Below are positions 38,986 through 48,800 of a stretch of 64,000 nt of DNA, piece by piece. The notes under the pieces are model-generated. The model saw only the letters and a list, made by a program, of their open reading frames with translations. It ran no database searches and was not told the origin of the DNA. The translations under genes and the position numbers were made by a program. This DNA is from a virus. Lineage: Duplodnaviria; Heunggongvirae; Uroviricota; Caudoviricetes. Every line of letters starts with the position of its first letter. Positions within the stretch are counted from its first letter, which is position 1. The stretch is from the IMG/VR virus record IMGVR_UViG_3300009165_000005; one strand, 5' to 3'.

Positions 38986-39822
38986 TCAAAAACCCAAAAA
39001 TACCTTCAACAGATGAGATACTAGTGCCTGAGTCCCAACACTGGGTGAGTACAGAAAGTCCCCTTCAAACTTCCACTCTGGAAGCCCATTGGAGAGAGAC
39101 TCAAGCTCATTTAGAAACGGAACAGCCTTGGGGAGCTGTTCCCAAGCCCTCTCGTTCTTCCTAGAGGCAAGAATCCGACGACGTCCATCCACTTCAGGAC
39201 CTAGAAGAACCCCTCGAAGGTACCCCTCTCGATAGAGAACCTCCCAAGCATCTATGGATACCTCGAGAGCATCCGCAAGTACGAAACCATTAGATCCGAC
39301 ATCAATGATACGTACCTCTGGAGTGGATCCCCCCAAGTTTGGGTACTTGCCTTCAGTGAGATACTCACGGATCCACTGAACCATAGTGGCGATTCGTTCC
39401 CCAACCTCTCGATTCGTCAGATTAGGCGTGAAGAACCGTGGAAAGGCCTTGAAGAAGCCCGAAACGATTGGGTCTAAGTGAGCCAACATCTGGGGCCCAA
39501 ATCGATGAGCCAAATCCACCCCATAAACTAGACCCGGGGTAGCTGGTAACAATAATAGATCCCTATTCAGGAACAAGGAGATCGCAAGGATGGTGTCCGG
39601 AGCTCGAACCCTCTTGGTGGAAAAGGTCAGAGGCAACTTGGTACCGATCACCAAATCCTCAAACAGTCGAGTCAGAGCACCTGTACTGAATGGGTCAAAC
39701 CCCTCACCATGATGGTTGTAGACCCCCTCTCCTACTTGAGATGGACTAGAATCAACCTCAAATAGGACCGAATCCTTAGGGTACTCTGAACCAATGACTA
39801 CCTCAAACTTTAGCTCTTCCAC
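38986..39822 (-). CDS. hypothetical protein, possibly degenerate DHH-like phosphoesterase fold
   Basis: 278 aa, GTG start. Contains YNHHGE and PDTILAISLF. The DHH assignment is weak. Confidence 0.4.
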   Translation of the reverse strand: MEELKFEVVIGSEYPKDSVLFEVDSSPSQVGEGVYNHHGEGFDPFSTGALTRLFEDLVIGTKLPLTFSTKRVRAPDTILAISLFLNRDLLLLPATPGLVYGVDLAHRFGPQMLAHLDPIVSGFFKAFPRFFTPNLTNREVGERIATMVQWIREYLTEGKYPNLGGSTPEVRIIDVGSNGFVLADALEVSIDAWEVLYREGYLRGVLLGPEVDGRRRILASRKNERAWEQLPKAVPFLNELESLSNGLPEWKFEGDFLYSPSVGTQALVSHLLKVFLGF

Positions 39823-39831
39823 TCAACGGAG

Positions 39832-39840
39832 TACACCGAG
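39832..39840 (-). promoter_or_regulatory. CTCGGTGTA motif 9 nt upstream of a GTG start (candidate promoter, possibly near-leaderless)
   Basis: The same 9-mer with the same spacing occurs at 58391-58399. Confidence 0.5.
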
Positions 39841-39842
39841 AT

Positions 39843-40691
39843 TCAGTTGAGCAAGTCATCCAAGATAGACGCAACAACAGGGTCCTCATACGACATTGAA
39901 GTTGATGCTACTTTGGTCACAATAGGAGCTGGTGGCTTTGAACACTGACAACCCCCCTTGCACTTGCCTCCGCAGGTGCACCCAGGTTCCTTGCAATCCC
40001 CTCCGCAGGTCTCCCCACAGGACTTCTCGCAAGATAGTTCTTCAAGCATACTAGCCTGTAAGGACTTTGTAATCTCTTGACGTAAAACCTCACGAATCCC
40101 AACGTCAGTTATTTCGCTTGCATATCTGCGTCCGAGACCCTGGCTAAGCAAGGTCTCAATAACCCTGCTTGCATCCTTGGTAGTGAGGTTCTGGACCTCA
40201 CTTTCATCCACAGGCCAAGACAACCCAGTCTCATCCCACTGAGCCTCTTCGGCCTTAGAACCCATAGACAAGATGAAGTTGATCTGCTTGGCGGAAGCCG
40301 CTGGACCCTTCGACCCCGGCTCAGCTCCTCCACGTTCATCCCAATACTCGGACTTCTCCTCATAGAGTTCCAAGTAATCTTCGATACGATCTTGGAGCGA
40401 ATTGCGCCAATTCTGAGTTCTCTTGACGATGGGGGCCTTGCCTGAGACAAGAGGGCGATTCACTCTAACCCCCAAGAGTTGGACCCTAATAGCATCCTCC
40501 CCAGCTCCAGCCGCTGAACCCCAAGCGGAGACTATCGAGGTCCAAACTCGAATAACGACCTGAGGACTGAGGTTGAGATCATAGTAGATCTCCCTATTCT
40601 GAGTCCCCTGTTTAGGTCGAAGAGCTCTAAAAGCTCTCTTGAGAAAGGTCTCCATCTCCGGCAAGGTGATCACTGTGTATTGGGCGGCCAT
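39843..40691 (-). CDS. multidomain hypothetical protein: N-terminal alpha/beta domain, small helical putative nucleic-acid-binding domain, Cys-rich metallothionein-like segment
   Basis: IRVWTSI...GEDAIRV...VKRTQNWR domain; ASAKQINFI...LTTKDASRVIETL; 9 Cys in 30 aa near the C-terminus. Confidence 0.55.
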   Translation of the reverse strand: MAAQYTVITLPEMETFLKRAFRALRPKQGTQNREIYYDLNLSPQVVIRVWTSIVSAWGSAAGAGEDAIRVQLLGVRVNRPLVSGKAPIVKRTQNWRNSLQDRIEDYLELYEEKSEYWDERGGAEPGSKGPAASAKQINFILSMGSKAEEAQWDETGLSWPVDESEVQNLTTKDASRVIETLLSQGLGRRYASEITDVGIREVLRQEITKSLQASMLEELSCEKSCGETCGGDCKEPGCTCGGKCKGGCQCSKPPAPIVTKVASTSMSYEDPVVASILDDLLN

Positions 40692-40694
40692 GGA

Positions 40695-43600
40695 TCAATA
40701 CTCCTCAACGTGGGCTGGAATCCAAACTCTAGCAACTCCTGCTTCCTTCACGTTCTCAGTATCAGCCCCAGACTTTGGTACGTTCTCACCTGGAGTAAGC
40801 CCCGCTTGAAAAACGAAGGGACTAACCCCCTTGTCCATCGGACAAGTCACCTCAAGGTTGACGGCAGCTCTAGTTAAGGCAACGTAAGCCAGGTTACGTT
40901 CTGCCTTCATCTGAGCCGCCGTCATCTCTGGATCTGGTGGAAGCTCATCAGGCTTTGGCTTACGTTCCATGGGGAACAACCCTTTGGGCATCAAAACAGT
41001 CACGTTTTTCCATTGTGCGCCCTTGACGGCATGAACCGTCGAAAGACTGATGGCTGGTGGCTTCTCCTTACGTAGACCGGGATCGAGCTTCTGTTGCTCC
41101 TTCTCCCACTTATCCGGGTCAATTCGAAGGCTCTCTGCAACCTTCGAATACCTGACAATCTTCTGGACGAAACCCTGGGATTCCTCAGGGTTAGTTCGGT
41201 TCTCTTGATCATTCTCATTCGGCTTGACGAGAGCATAGAGAAACTGTACCGCCCCAAGACCCTTGGCGCTATCTGCCTTCTCCTTGGCTGGCATCAACCC
41301 TTCATCCCCTAACTCAGAGGGTGTGGTTGGTTCCTTCGAAACATCCTCTTCTTCATCCTCCCCCTCATCATCCGAATAAACAGCCACATCATTCGTGATC
41401 TGCTCGCGTAGGGAGGTTGTCTCCGTCACGACTCTACGAGCAAGAGGATCCCAACTAGAAACTGTGGACTGCATGTTGTCGAGAACATAGTCGAGTAGTT
41501 CGGTCGTGGGCTTGTTCTCATCGATGAAGGCCCGAAGGTCCCGGATGTTCGTAGCCATACCTCGGAGATTAGCTGCTAACTCATCAACCCTCTGATTGTA
41601 CATCCACTCGCCTTTGCGAGTGTCACCCTTAGCGAAGCTCATGATCTTGAGCCGATACGGTAGCTTTAGCCTATCTGCTAAAAGCCCTACATATCTAGAT
41701 TCTAGAAGAATGTCAGGCCTAACAAGTTTCACGTCAACCCGTTCCCGACGAGCAACATCATTGAGAGCCTCATCTACTGCCTTTTCAATGTCATCATGCC
41801 CAAGAAAGAGTGCTCGATCTGGCTTCATCAGAGCAGCCACGAGGGAACTCTTCATCTTCGCGTAGTCGTTTCCAACAGCTAGATCAATGAAACCGAGAAC
41901 AGCTCTTGACTCAGGAGCCTCCAAGAAACCCTTACCTCCCCTACGTATATAGGGGATCTCATTGATGATGCAGGCCGTCTCAAAGTCATTCAGTTCAGCG
42001 TTGGTTCGAGCCAACACTGCATAGTCCTCGACCTGAGCACCCTCATCAATATCCTTCCGGAAGCGCCCAATGGTATCAATGGCTGCATCCACATTGTTTT
42101 CAGGAGTCGAAACCTGAATAGATGACCGACCCCGATCTTTACGTGGATCAGCCATCGACGGAACCACATTAGCCTCATTACCATGTGCAATGAGAGTGTT
42201 AGCCGCTTCGACAATTTCAGGTTGACACCGATAGTTGGTACGAATGTTCCGTGTAATCCATCCTTCATCAAGGCCTTCGAACAACTCGGGCTTTGCTCCA
42301 CGGAACTGATAGATTGCCTGTTTTGAGTCCCCGACCATCCAGATCGACTTATCCTTCGAGTCCTGAGTGATATGCTCCGACATCATAGCAAAGATTTCGT
42401 GTTGAGTAGCATTGAGATCCTGGGCCTCGTCTACCAAGATGTGATCGTGCATACTCTGAATAGCAACCCTTGCCTTGGGATCTCGCTTCAAGATATCCCG
42501 TAGGATCTTGAGCATGTCATCCAAGTCTCCAAGCCTCTCTCCACCCTTGCGATTCCTATTCATGAAGTTCTCGAAGGGCTTCGAGGGATTGCAGGGAGGC
42601 CGCCAACCAGGGAGATCCCCCTTGAGTCCAAGATACATCTCGTACCAGATTACTGCTTGAGCCTCATGCTTAGAAGTGACCTTCGCCTTGGCCTCCTCCA
42701 AACCAATATTGTTCCCACGCCAGGCATTAAGGTAAAGACTCGCCCTCTTGGCTTTGGGCGGCTCCATTACCCAAGCTCTCGGATACCCATACCTCGAGAC
42801 CAAAGAATCAGCTCCACACTCAGTCCACATGTTGCGGATTGTCTGAGATAGGCTTCCAGGACTAATACTCTTCACTCCCTTGCCGGTTGGAGCAATGAGC
42901 CTTGGCGGACGGAGCATGTCTTGCTCTTCACGAGTACCAAAGCCTGGAGTGTCCTTTGTACCAACAATGAGTTTCGCGAATAGCGAATGCATCGTCCCAA
43001 CCTGAATACCAGAAGATCCCTCTCCAACCTTCTTGGCAATCTTCTCCTTCAACTCGAGAGCTGCCTTACGATTGAAGGAACAAGCCATGATCCTGGCAGG
43101 ATTGACCCTAAGATCCTTTACCAAGTAGTCGATCCTAGCTACCAGCGTGGTCGACTTGCCCGATCCCGCGCCCGCCGCTACTCGAACTCGACCTCCAGTG
43201 AGAGCAGCCGCCCTCTGCTCCTCGTCAAGGTTCTTCAGAGGAAGTGGAACGTTTTGTAGCAGGTTGGGATCACTCAATGCAGCCACAGCAGCAGCCGTAG
43301 CAATACCAACAACCTCGGACTTACTTGGCGGCTCGTCACTCTGCTGATTGATCTTCAATGACTTCTTGGCCGCGAGTGTGGCATTGTCCTGAACCTCAGC
43401 CAGCATCAAGGATCTGGACTTCTGTTCAACAATCGTAGACTCTGCACCCTCAGTGGCCTGCGCCTTAATGCTCGCAGAGGCAATCTCTGTCGAGTTGGAA
43501 ACCTCGTTCGAGGCACTGTCTACTGGCGATGGGGCAAACCCACCTGACCCAGCCTGCTTGGCTGCAGCATCAATCCAATCCCGCATCCGAACGTTCTTTA

Positions 43601-44084
43601 GGGGGATGGCAGCAAAGATGTCGAGAGCCTTGTCCGAATCCTCAAGCATCGAAGCAGTAATGGCTGCCCGAACTTGCCTGACATACTTAGCGTCAGATAA
43701 GATCCCCTTGACCGTCTGAGTCCCACCACGTGTGAGCAACGTCCTAAAGTGGAGAGCCCTTCGAGCAGCCCCAGCAGGGTTGAACACCTTCAGGTTCAAA
43801 GCCCTTCGCAACATCGACTTCTGAGACTCCTTGGAGAGATGACTTTCCAAGTACTCCCGATACGCATCGATCTGGGTATCAGCCATTCGAAGGACCTTCA
43901 AGCCACGCTTGATCAGAGCGTCCTCCGTGTCATCCACCCCAGAGGTCTCTTCAGCGTACCTTTCGTAGGTATCCAAAGCCAGAAGAAAGATGATGTACTC
44001 GGCTACTTGGAACTCGCCGACCTCAATCTCACCATCATCCGCTGGGTCATCAACTGCTACCTTGGGAGTGATCGGAATTAGCAT
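40695..44084 (-). CDS. UvrD/Rep/PcrA-family (SF1A) ATP-dependent DNA helicase with about 280-aa N-terminal extension
   Basis: LDEEQRAA (Q motif), AGAGSGKSTT (Walker A), SFNRKAA, TMHSL, ILVDEAQD (Walker B), VGDSKQAIYQFRGA, TNYRC, VLARTN, STVHAVKG, ERNLAYVALTRA. Likely ATG at 44084. Confidence 0.93.
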   Translation of the reverse strand: MLIPITPKVAVDDPADDGEIEVGEFQVAEYIIFLLALDTYERYAEETSGVDDTEDALIKRGLKVLRMADTQIDAYREYLESHLSKESQKSMLRRALNLKVFNPAGAARRALHFRTLLTRGGTQTVKGILSDAKYVRQVRAAITASMLEDSDKALDIFAAIPLKNVRMRDWIDAAAKQAGSGGFAPSPVDSASNEVSNSTEIASASIKAQATEGAESTIVEQKSRSLMLAEVQDNATLAAKKSLKINQQSDEPPSKSEVVGIATAAAVAALSDPNLLQNVPLPLKNLDEEQRAAALTGGRVRVAAGAGSGKSTTLVARIDYLVKDLRVNPARIMACSFNRKAALELKEKIAKKVGEGSSGIQVGTMHSLFAKLIVGTKDTPGFGTREEQDMLRPPRLIAPTGKGVKSISPGSLSQTIRNMWTECGADSLVSRYGYPRAWVMEPPKAKRASLYLNAWRGNNIGLEEAKAKVTSKHEAQAVIWYEMYLGLKGDLPGWRPPCNPSKPFENFMNRNRKGGERLGDLDDMLKILRDILKRDPKARVAIQSMHDHILVDEAQDLNATQHEIFAMMSEHITQDSKDKSIWMVGDSKQAIYQFRGAKPELFEGLDEGWITRNIRTNYRCQPEIVEAANTLIAHGNEANVVPSMADPRKDRGRSSIQVSTPENNVDAAIDTIGRFRKDIDEGAQVEDYAVLARTNAELNDFETACIINEIPYIRRGGKGFLEAPESRAVLGFIDLAVGNDYAKMKSSLVAALMKPDRALFLGHDDIEKAVDEALNDVARRERVDVKLVRPDILLESRYVGLLADRLKLPYRLKIMSFAKGDTRKGEWMYNQRVDELAANLRGMATNIRDLRAFIDENKPTTELLDYVLDNMQSTVSSWDPLARRVVTETTSLREQITNDVAVYSDDEGEDEEEDVSKEPTTPSELGDEGLMPAKEKADSAKGLGAVQFLYALVKPNENDQENRTNPEESQGFVQKIVRYSKVAESLRIDPDKWEKEQQKLDPGLRKEKPPAISLSTVHAVKGAQWKNVTVLMPKGLFPMERKPKPDELPPDPEMTAAQMKAERNLAYVALTRAAVNLEVTCPMDKGVSPFVFQAGLTPGENVPKSGADTENVKEAGVARVWIPAHVEEY

Positions 44085-44141
44085 GGGATTCCTACGTTGG
44101 AAGCTACTACACCCAGAGCTCTCCAACAAGGAATTTATGGG

Positions 44142-45776
44142 CTACTTACCCGGATCTAGGATGCCTTCGTCAATCAACCGACCCCGAAGGTACTCCGGAT
44201 CCGCATAAGGCTCGTCTTCCCGAACAAGAAAGTACCGAAGCGTTGGATCAGAATGGATCAAGTTCTCCTTAATCCGATCACGTTCTTGAAGAGCGAAGTA
44301 CTGGGTTTCGTCTTTCATATAGAAGTTAGGGAAAGTCCAATGCTGGTATCCGTGAAACTCCACTACTAAGTTGAACTCAGGGAAGTAACCATCATAGCGG
44401 AAACGCCATCCAGTTCCTGGGTTGATAGCCCACTCTGGAGACCACTCTACCTCATAAGGTGCCCCACCCAAAACTTTGGATAAGGCCTCTAGGTAGAGGG
44501 CCTCTTGAATATGCTTCCGAGAGACTTCTAACCCGTGTCTTTCACATTCTCGCTTGATAGTAACAAAAGCATGCCCCAAGGCCGCCATTGCTTTACCAAT
44601 AGAGATCTTGCCGTTCTTGAGCTTGAAAGAGTTGAGCAGGTCTCGATCTAAGTGAATTAGGTCTACGGACCGCCAAAACTTAGTTGCCCGGACCTTTTTC
44701 ATAGTCACAGACAGTTTCTCAGCAGCTTGAGCTATCGAAACGTCTGTCTCTTTAGTGTGTCCAAGCTTCCAACCAGCAGAACTTGATAGTTTCTTCCTAG
44801 TTTCTTCAGTCTTCACTCGAATACTTGAGTTGAGAGCAATGACTTGAGCCCCAGGAAATACTTTCTGGTACTCACCCTCCAGTTCTGGATGTGCGCTACG
44901 GATATGACTAACTAAGCTCTCCGCCCTATGACCACAAACCTGACACACTACATAATCTGCACCCTCAACCAAGGAAGACCACTTCAACTCGATAGCGGCT
45001 TCCTCCTCTAGTTCTACACAATCAGGGCATCTGGACTCATGCATCTTAGGGGCAAAAGTCAATCCGACCTGCCGAGTCTTCCCACACGAAGGACATTGAA
45101 GCTCCTTCGTCAAACCTTTACGAGGTGCTTCTTGGTGTTGGATGGTAGCACTAACCGACTTTGCTTCTCGTAGATTATCGGATTGAACCGCCGCCCCTGG
45201 AAATCGACTTCGGTACTCAACAACACTCAACCCATGCTGAGAGGAAACATGACGGTCAATACGGACCCCACGATGCCCACACACTAAGCACCGAACAAAA
45301 TCTCTACCTTCCTCAAAACCCTCCCAGTTAGCATCCTCTTGAGCTAGCTGGTACTGCTCATGAGCAGCATCCTCAACTTGGGCAAGGTGCATTGCTAAAC
45401 CCTTAACCCCTACACACCCAATACCGCAAACAGGACAGGTACGGTCAACCCCACGTTCTCTATCAATGCAAGTAGGACACAAGATTCGTTTTGAACGAGC
45501 TTTTTGGATCAAGTTGATTCGTAGCTCAATCCCACACCCACAACAAGTCTCAACAGTCTCCCGTACATTACAGGTGGTTCCCTTCTTTGCTGATCCAACA
45601 ATCCGTGCCGCTTTTGACTGGATTGCCTTCCCTCGAGCAACAAAGGCTTCTCTCCCAAAGTCCTCAACCCACCAGGCTCGCACAGTGTTTGGGCTAGCCT
45701 TAATCCTAGCAGCTAACGCCTTGAATGGTTCTTCTGTGTGAAATGCCTGAAATGCCAACGTCCTCTTGTCTGTCAT
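44142..45776 (-). CDS. free-standing endonuclease: multiple Zn fingers (two MucR-like) plus C-terminal PD-(D/E)xK/Vsr-like nuclease
   Basis: DFVRCLVCGH...H...HGL...EY..RFPGA and DYVVCQVCGH...H...H....EY...FPGA. C-terminal FRYDGYFPEFNLVVEFHGYQHW...ERDRIK. Confidence 0.75.
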   Translation of the reverse strand: MTDKRTLAFQAFHTEEPFKALAARIKASPNTVRAWWVEDFGREAFVARGKAIQSKAARIVGSAKKGTTCNVRETVETCCGCGIELRINLIQKARSKRILCPTCIDRERGVDRTCPVCGIGCVGVKGLAMHLAQVEDAAHEQYQLAQEDANWEGFEEGRDFVRCLVCGHRGVRIDRHVSSQHGLSVVEYRSRFPGAAVQSDNLREAKSVSATIQHQEAPRKGLTKELQCPSCGKTRQVGLTFAPKMHESRCPDCVELEEEAAIELKWSSLVEGADYVVCQVCGHRAESLVSHIRSAHPELEGEYQKVFPGAQVIALNSSIRVKTEETRKKLSSSAGWKLGHTKETDVSIAQAAEKLSVTMKKVRATKFWRSVDLIHLDRDLLNSFKLKNGKISIGKAMAALGHAFVTIKRECERHGLEVSRKHIQEALYLEALSKVLGGAPYEVEWSPEWAINPGTGWRFRYDGYFPEFNLVVEFHGYQHWTFPNFYMKDETQYFALQERDRIKENLIHSDPTLRYFLVREDEPYADPEYLRGRLIDEGILDPGK

Positions 45777-45788
45777 GGTGTTTCGACC

Positions 45789-45816
45789 ACTCTAGTACAA
45801 GAGGACGTTATGTCAA
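45789..45816 (-). promoter_or_regulatory. sigma70-like promoter upstream of the endonuclease gene
   Basis: TTGACA-N16-TAGAGT, ending 12 nt before the ATG. Confidence 0.45.
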
Positions 45817-45863
45817 GCAATCGGTTTGATTCTAGGTCAGTTTTTACAAAAAACCCAGTAAAT

Positions 45864-48800
45864 TTAGGCCCTTGCGCGCAGCGAGAACACCAGCAACAGG
45901 TAAAGTAATGGGAAAATAGGTTGATAATATGCCTCGGCATTAAGTGTTGTGGGGTCATCGGCATCCACCGTAGCGGAGATGCCAGTGAAGGCAGCCACAA
46001 TTTCTTGTTGGATCAACTGTTTGAACAACGAGGTCATGGAGACCTCAACCTCGTTGGTTCGGCTAGCGAGGAACTTCGTACCCACGAAGGCATCCAGGAC
46101 CGAACGAGAGCTGATCGACACATAGTCCGCGATCTGAGTGACCGTGGGCAGACGAGTCAAAACAGAGGTCATGTTGGTCGTGAGACCCTGACGGATCCGA
46201 ATGATTGGCTGCAGATCTTCAAGAACCGTGATACCAGCAACGGCTGTCTGGTTTGCTTCAACTGGATCCATGATTCTCGGGATTCTGGTGAACCCTTGGA
46301 TTTGCCTATGCGTGTACGGAGTGGCCACATCGATAGCTGGTGAGCAAACCGCACCAGCTACGGCTGCCGCGAAGAAGGTACCATCAACCAGGGACTCGTA
46401 TGTATTCCCAAGCTCATCCGTGAAGGTCACCACGACTGAGTCCGGGTAGTAAGCCACGATTCTCGAGCTGAATAGGTTCTTCGCAATTGTCTGAGCCGTA
46501 GTAGGACTGGTTCCGCTTGCAAAGCCAATCATACCCATCCGCTCCGACTGATTGCGGATGTTGCTCATGACTTCACAATGCTGAGTCAGGGCAGAATAGA
46601 CTGCGGTATCCGTGCTAAGGGGTACGAGGATATCTGGCTTGATGTTCCCAGGTAAGGGGCTGGTCAAACCATTGATCGCCGTGATGAAGGACTGAGCCGA
46701 TGCTTGGTTCGTATTCGGAACCTTCTGAACCTGAGTGATACCGACCAGAACAGCACCATTGAGGATTGCTAGATAAGCGCCGAGAGTAACCCGGTTCTCA
46801 GCGGAGAGCTTGCCGTAGTTAGCCTCAATGGTCTTGAACGTGGTGAAGATTCTCGTCGAGAAATCCTGCTTCATGTAGCGGTAGCTAATGTAGTAGTAGT
46901 CTCCGTTCTTCGGTTCGAGCCCAGACGGATTGAAGGTTTGGACATTGGCCGTGTCATTCACTCCGACATTGACGGTATTGGTGACAATGGTCTCCAAGCC
47001 CGGAATGGCGTAGTACGGAACCCCTGGGTTGACATTGAAGGACTGAGAAATGACCAGGGTGAAAGCACCACTCGTTGCGTACGAGGTAGTCGATGGGAGA
47101 ATCGTGAACCTGAGACCCGTACGGGCATCCGTATAAGTCTGCCCTGGATACCCAGTACCTGAGGATCCATTCACGAGATCCGAAGAGGACACCGTGAAGT
47201 TGTTAGTAGCACTCTCGCCATTGTCCCCAGAGGTTCCGGGTACGATCTCAGTTCCTGCTGTGGTGTTGAAAGCCGAGTTGCTACCAGACAGGAACCCAAT
47301 ACTCGAGGTTGTTGCGCCAACTGTCAGGGACTCAATCGTCAAGTAGGTCTGGTTGTTGATCACCGTCGGGTAAGCTACCGCGCCCGTTGCGTTAGGGGTT
47401 GGGGCTCCAGTCCACGAGGAGACCGCAAATCCAAGGGTATCCATGAGACGGTCGACAACCTCTTGAACCGTCACGAGAGTCTGACTTGCTGAATCACTCT
47501 CATTGAACCCAAGAATGGTGTTGGCTGTGCCATCAAGAATCAATACCGATGACTGAGGAGAGTCAACGAGACTGGTGATCCTGACCTTCCCGAGATTACC
47601 AAGAGTACCTGCCGAGGCAGTACCTTGACTTGAGATCACCGACTGAATCTGACTAGCAATGACCCCAGCTGAGGTGGACTGAATGTTGACAGCCACAGTA
47701 CCATCGAAGTCTGTAGTCGGAGTGATGACCAACGAAGCCGTGGTACTAGCCGTGATCGAGAACGTAGTGGTAGCCGAGATAGTCGTATGAGTAGCATCAC
47801 CGCCAAACGAAAGAGCGATTGACCCAGCAGTCGCCGCAGTAATCGTGATGGTGAAGTTGTAGGTTGCACCTACAATAGCAGCCATCGGATTGGTCAGGGT
47901 CTCAACGGCTCCAGTAGCGTGAACGAAGGCATTATAAGCGCCAGACCAGTTAGCACCTAGAACCCATCCTGTAGTAGGCGTGATCTCGTTGGTGAGCGTA
48001 GCCTGGAAGTCCACCCCATTGAGCCTGACCTTGAAGACATCATTCAAGCCAGAAGTGAAGGTGAAGGGGTTTGAAACGCTACTCAACAAGGTGGCAGGCT
48101 TGTTGATAGCACCAGTGGTTCCAGCAGCAGTCTGGAACGTCGTGAACCCAAGCAGGGTCTCCGCTGTACCCGGATTGATGGTTACTCGACTCTGATGATC
48201 AAACCCGCCGGGAAGAGCCGCCGGGGTCGAGAGTCCTCGAATCACAAAGAATACAGAATTGGATCCTGGACCTGGGATTGAAGTGAGTAGGTAGTTAGTC
48301 CCAGTTAGGACATAGTCAATGTAGCTATTCACCCTAGTTACGATATCGGCTGGGGTTGGGTTACCCGCGGTAAGAGTGAGTTTTGCCTTCAAGCTGATTG
48401 AAACAGTTCCATCAAAGTCACTTGTAGGGGTGATCACCAAGTTGCCCGTACCGGAGGCTGTGATCAACGTCGTAGTAGTTACCGAGATAGCTCCGGTTGT
48501 TCCACCTCCAAAAGCTGCTGTAACAGTTCCGGCAGTTCTTCCGGTAATAGTGATGAGTAAGCTATAAACCCTGGCCGAAACAGCGGCAAAGGTGTTGCTT
48601 AGCGCGGTAGTATTCCCAGTGGTGTGGGTAAAAGAATTGTAAGAACCTGTCCAACCGGTGGAAGTCCAACCAGATGAACTCAACAAGTTAACTTCCGAGA
48701 GCGTGACCCCATCAATTGCTAGGTCTAAGCTATCGTTAGTACCCGTAACAATGGTATCCACTAGAGCGCCACCACTCAAAGCAAGAGCCTGACTAACCAA

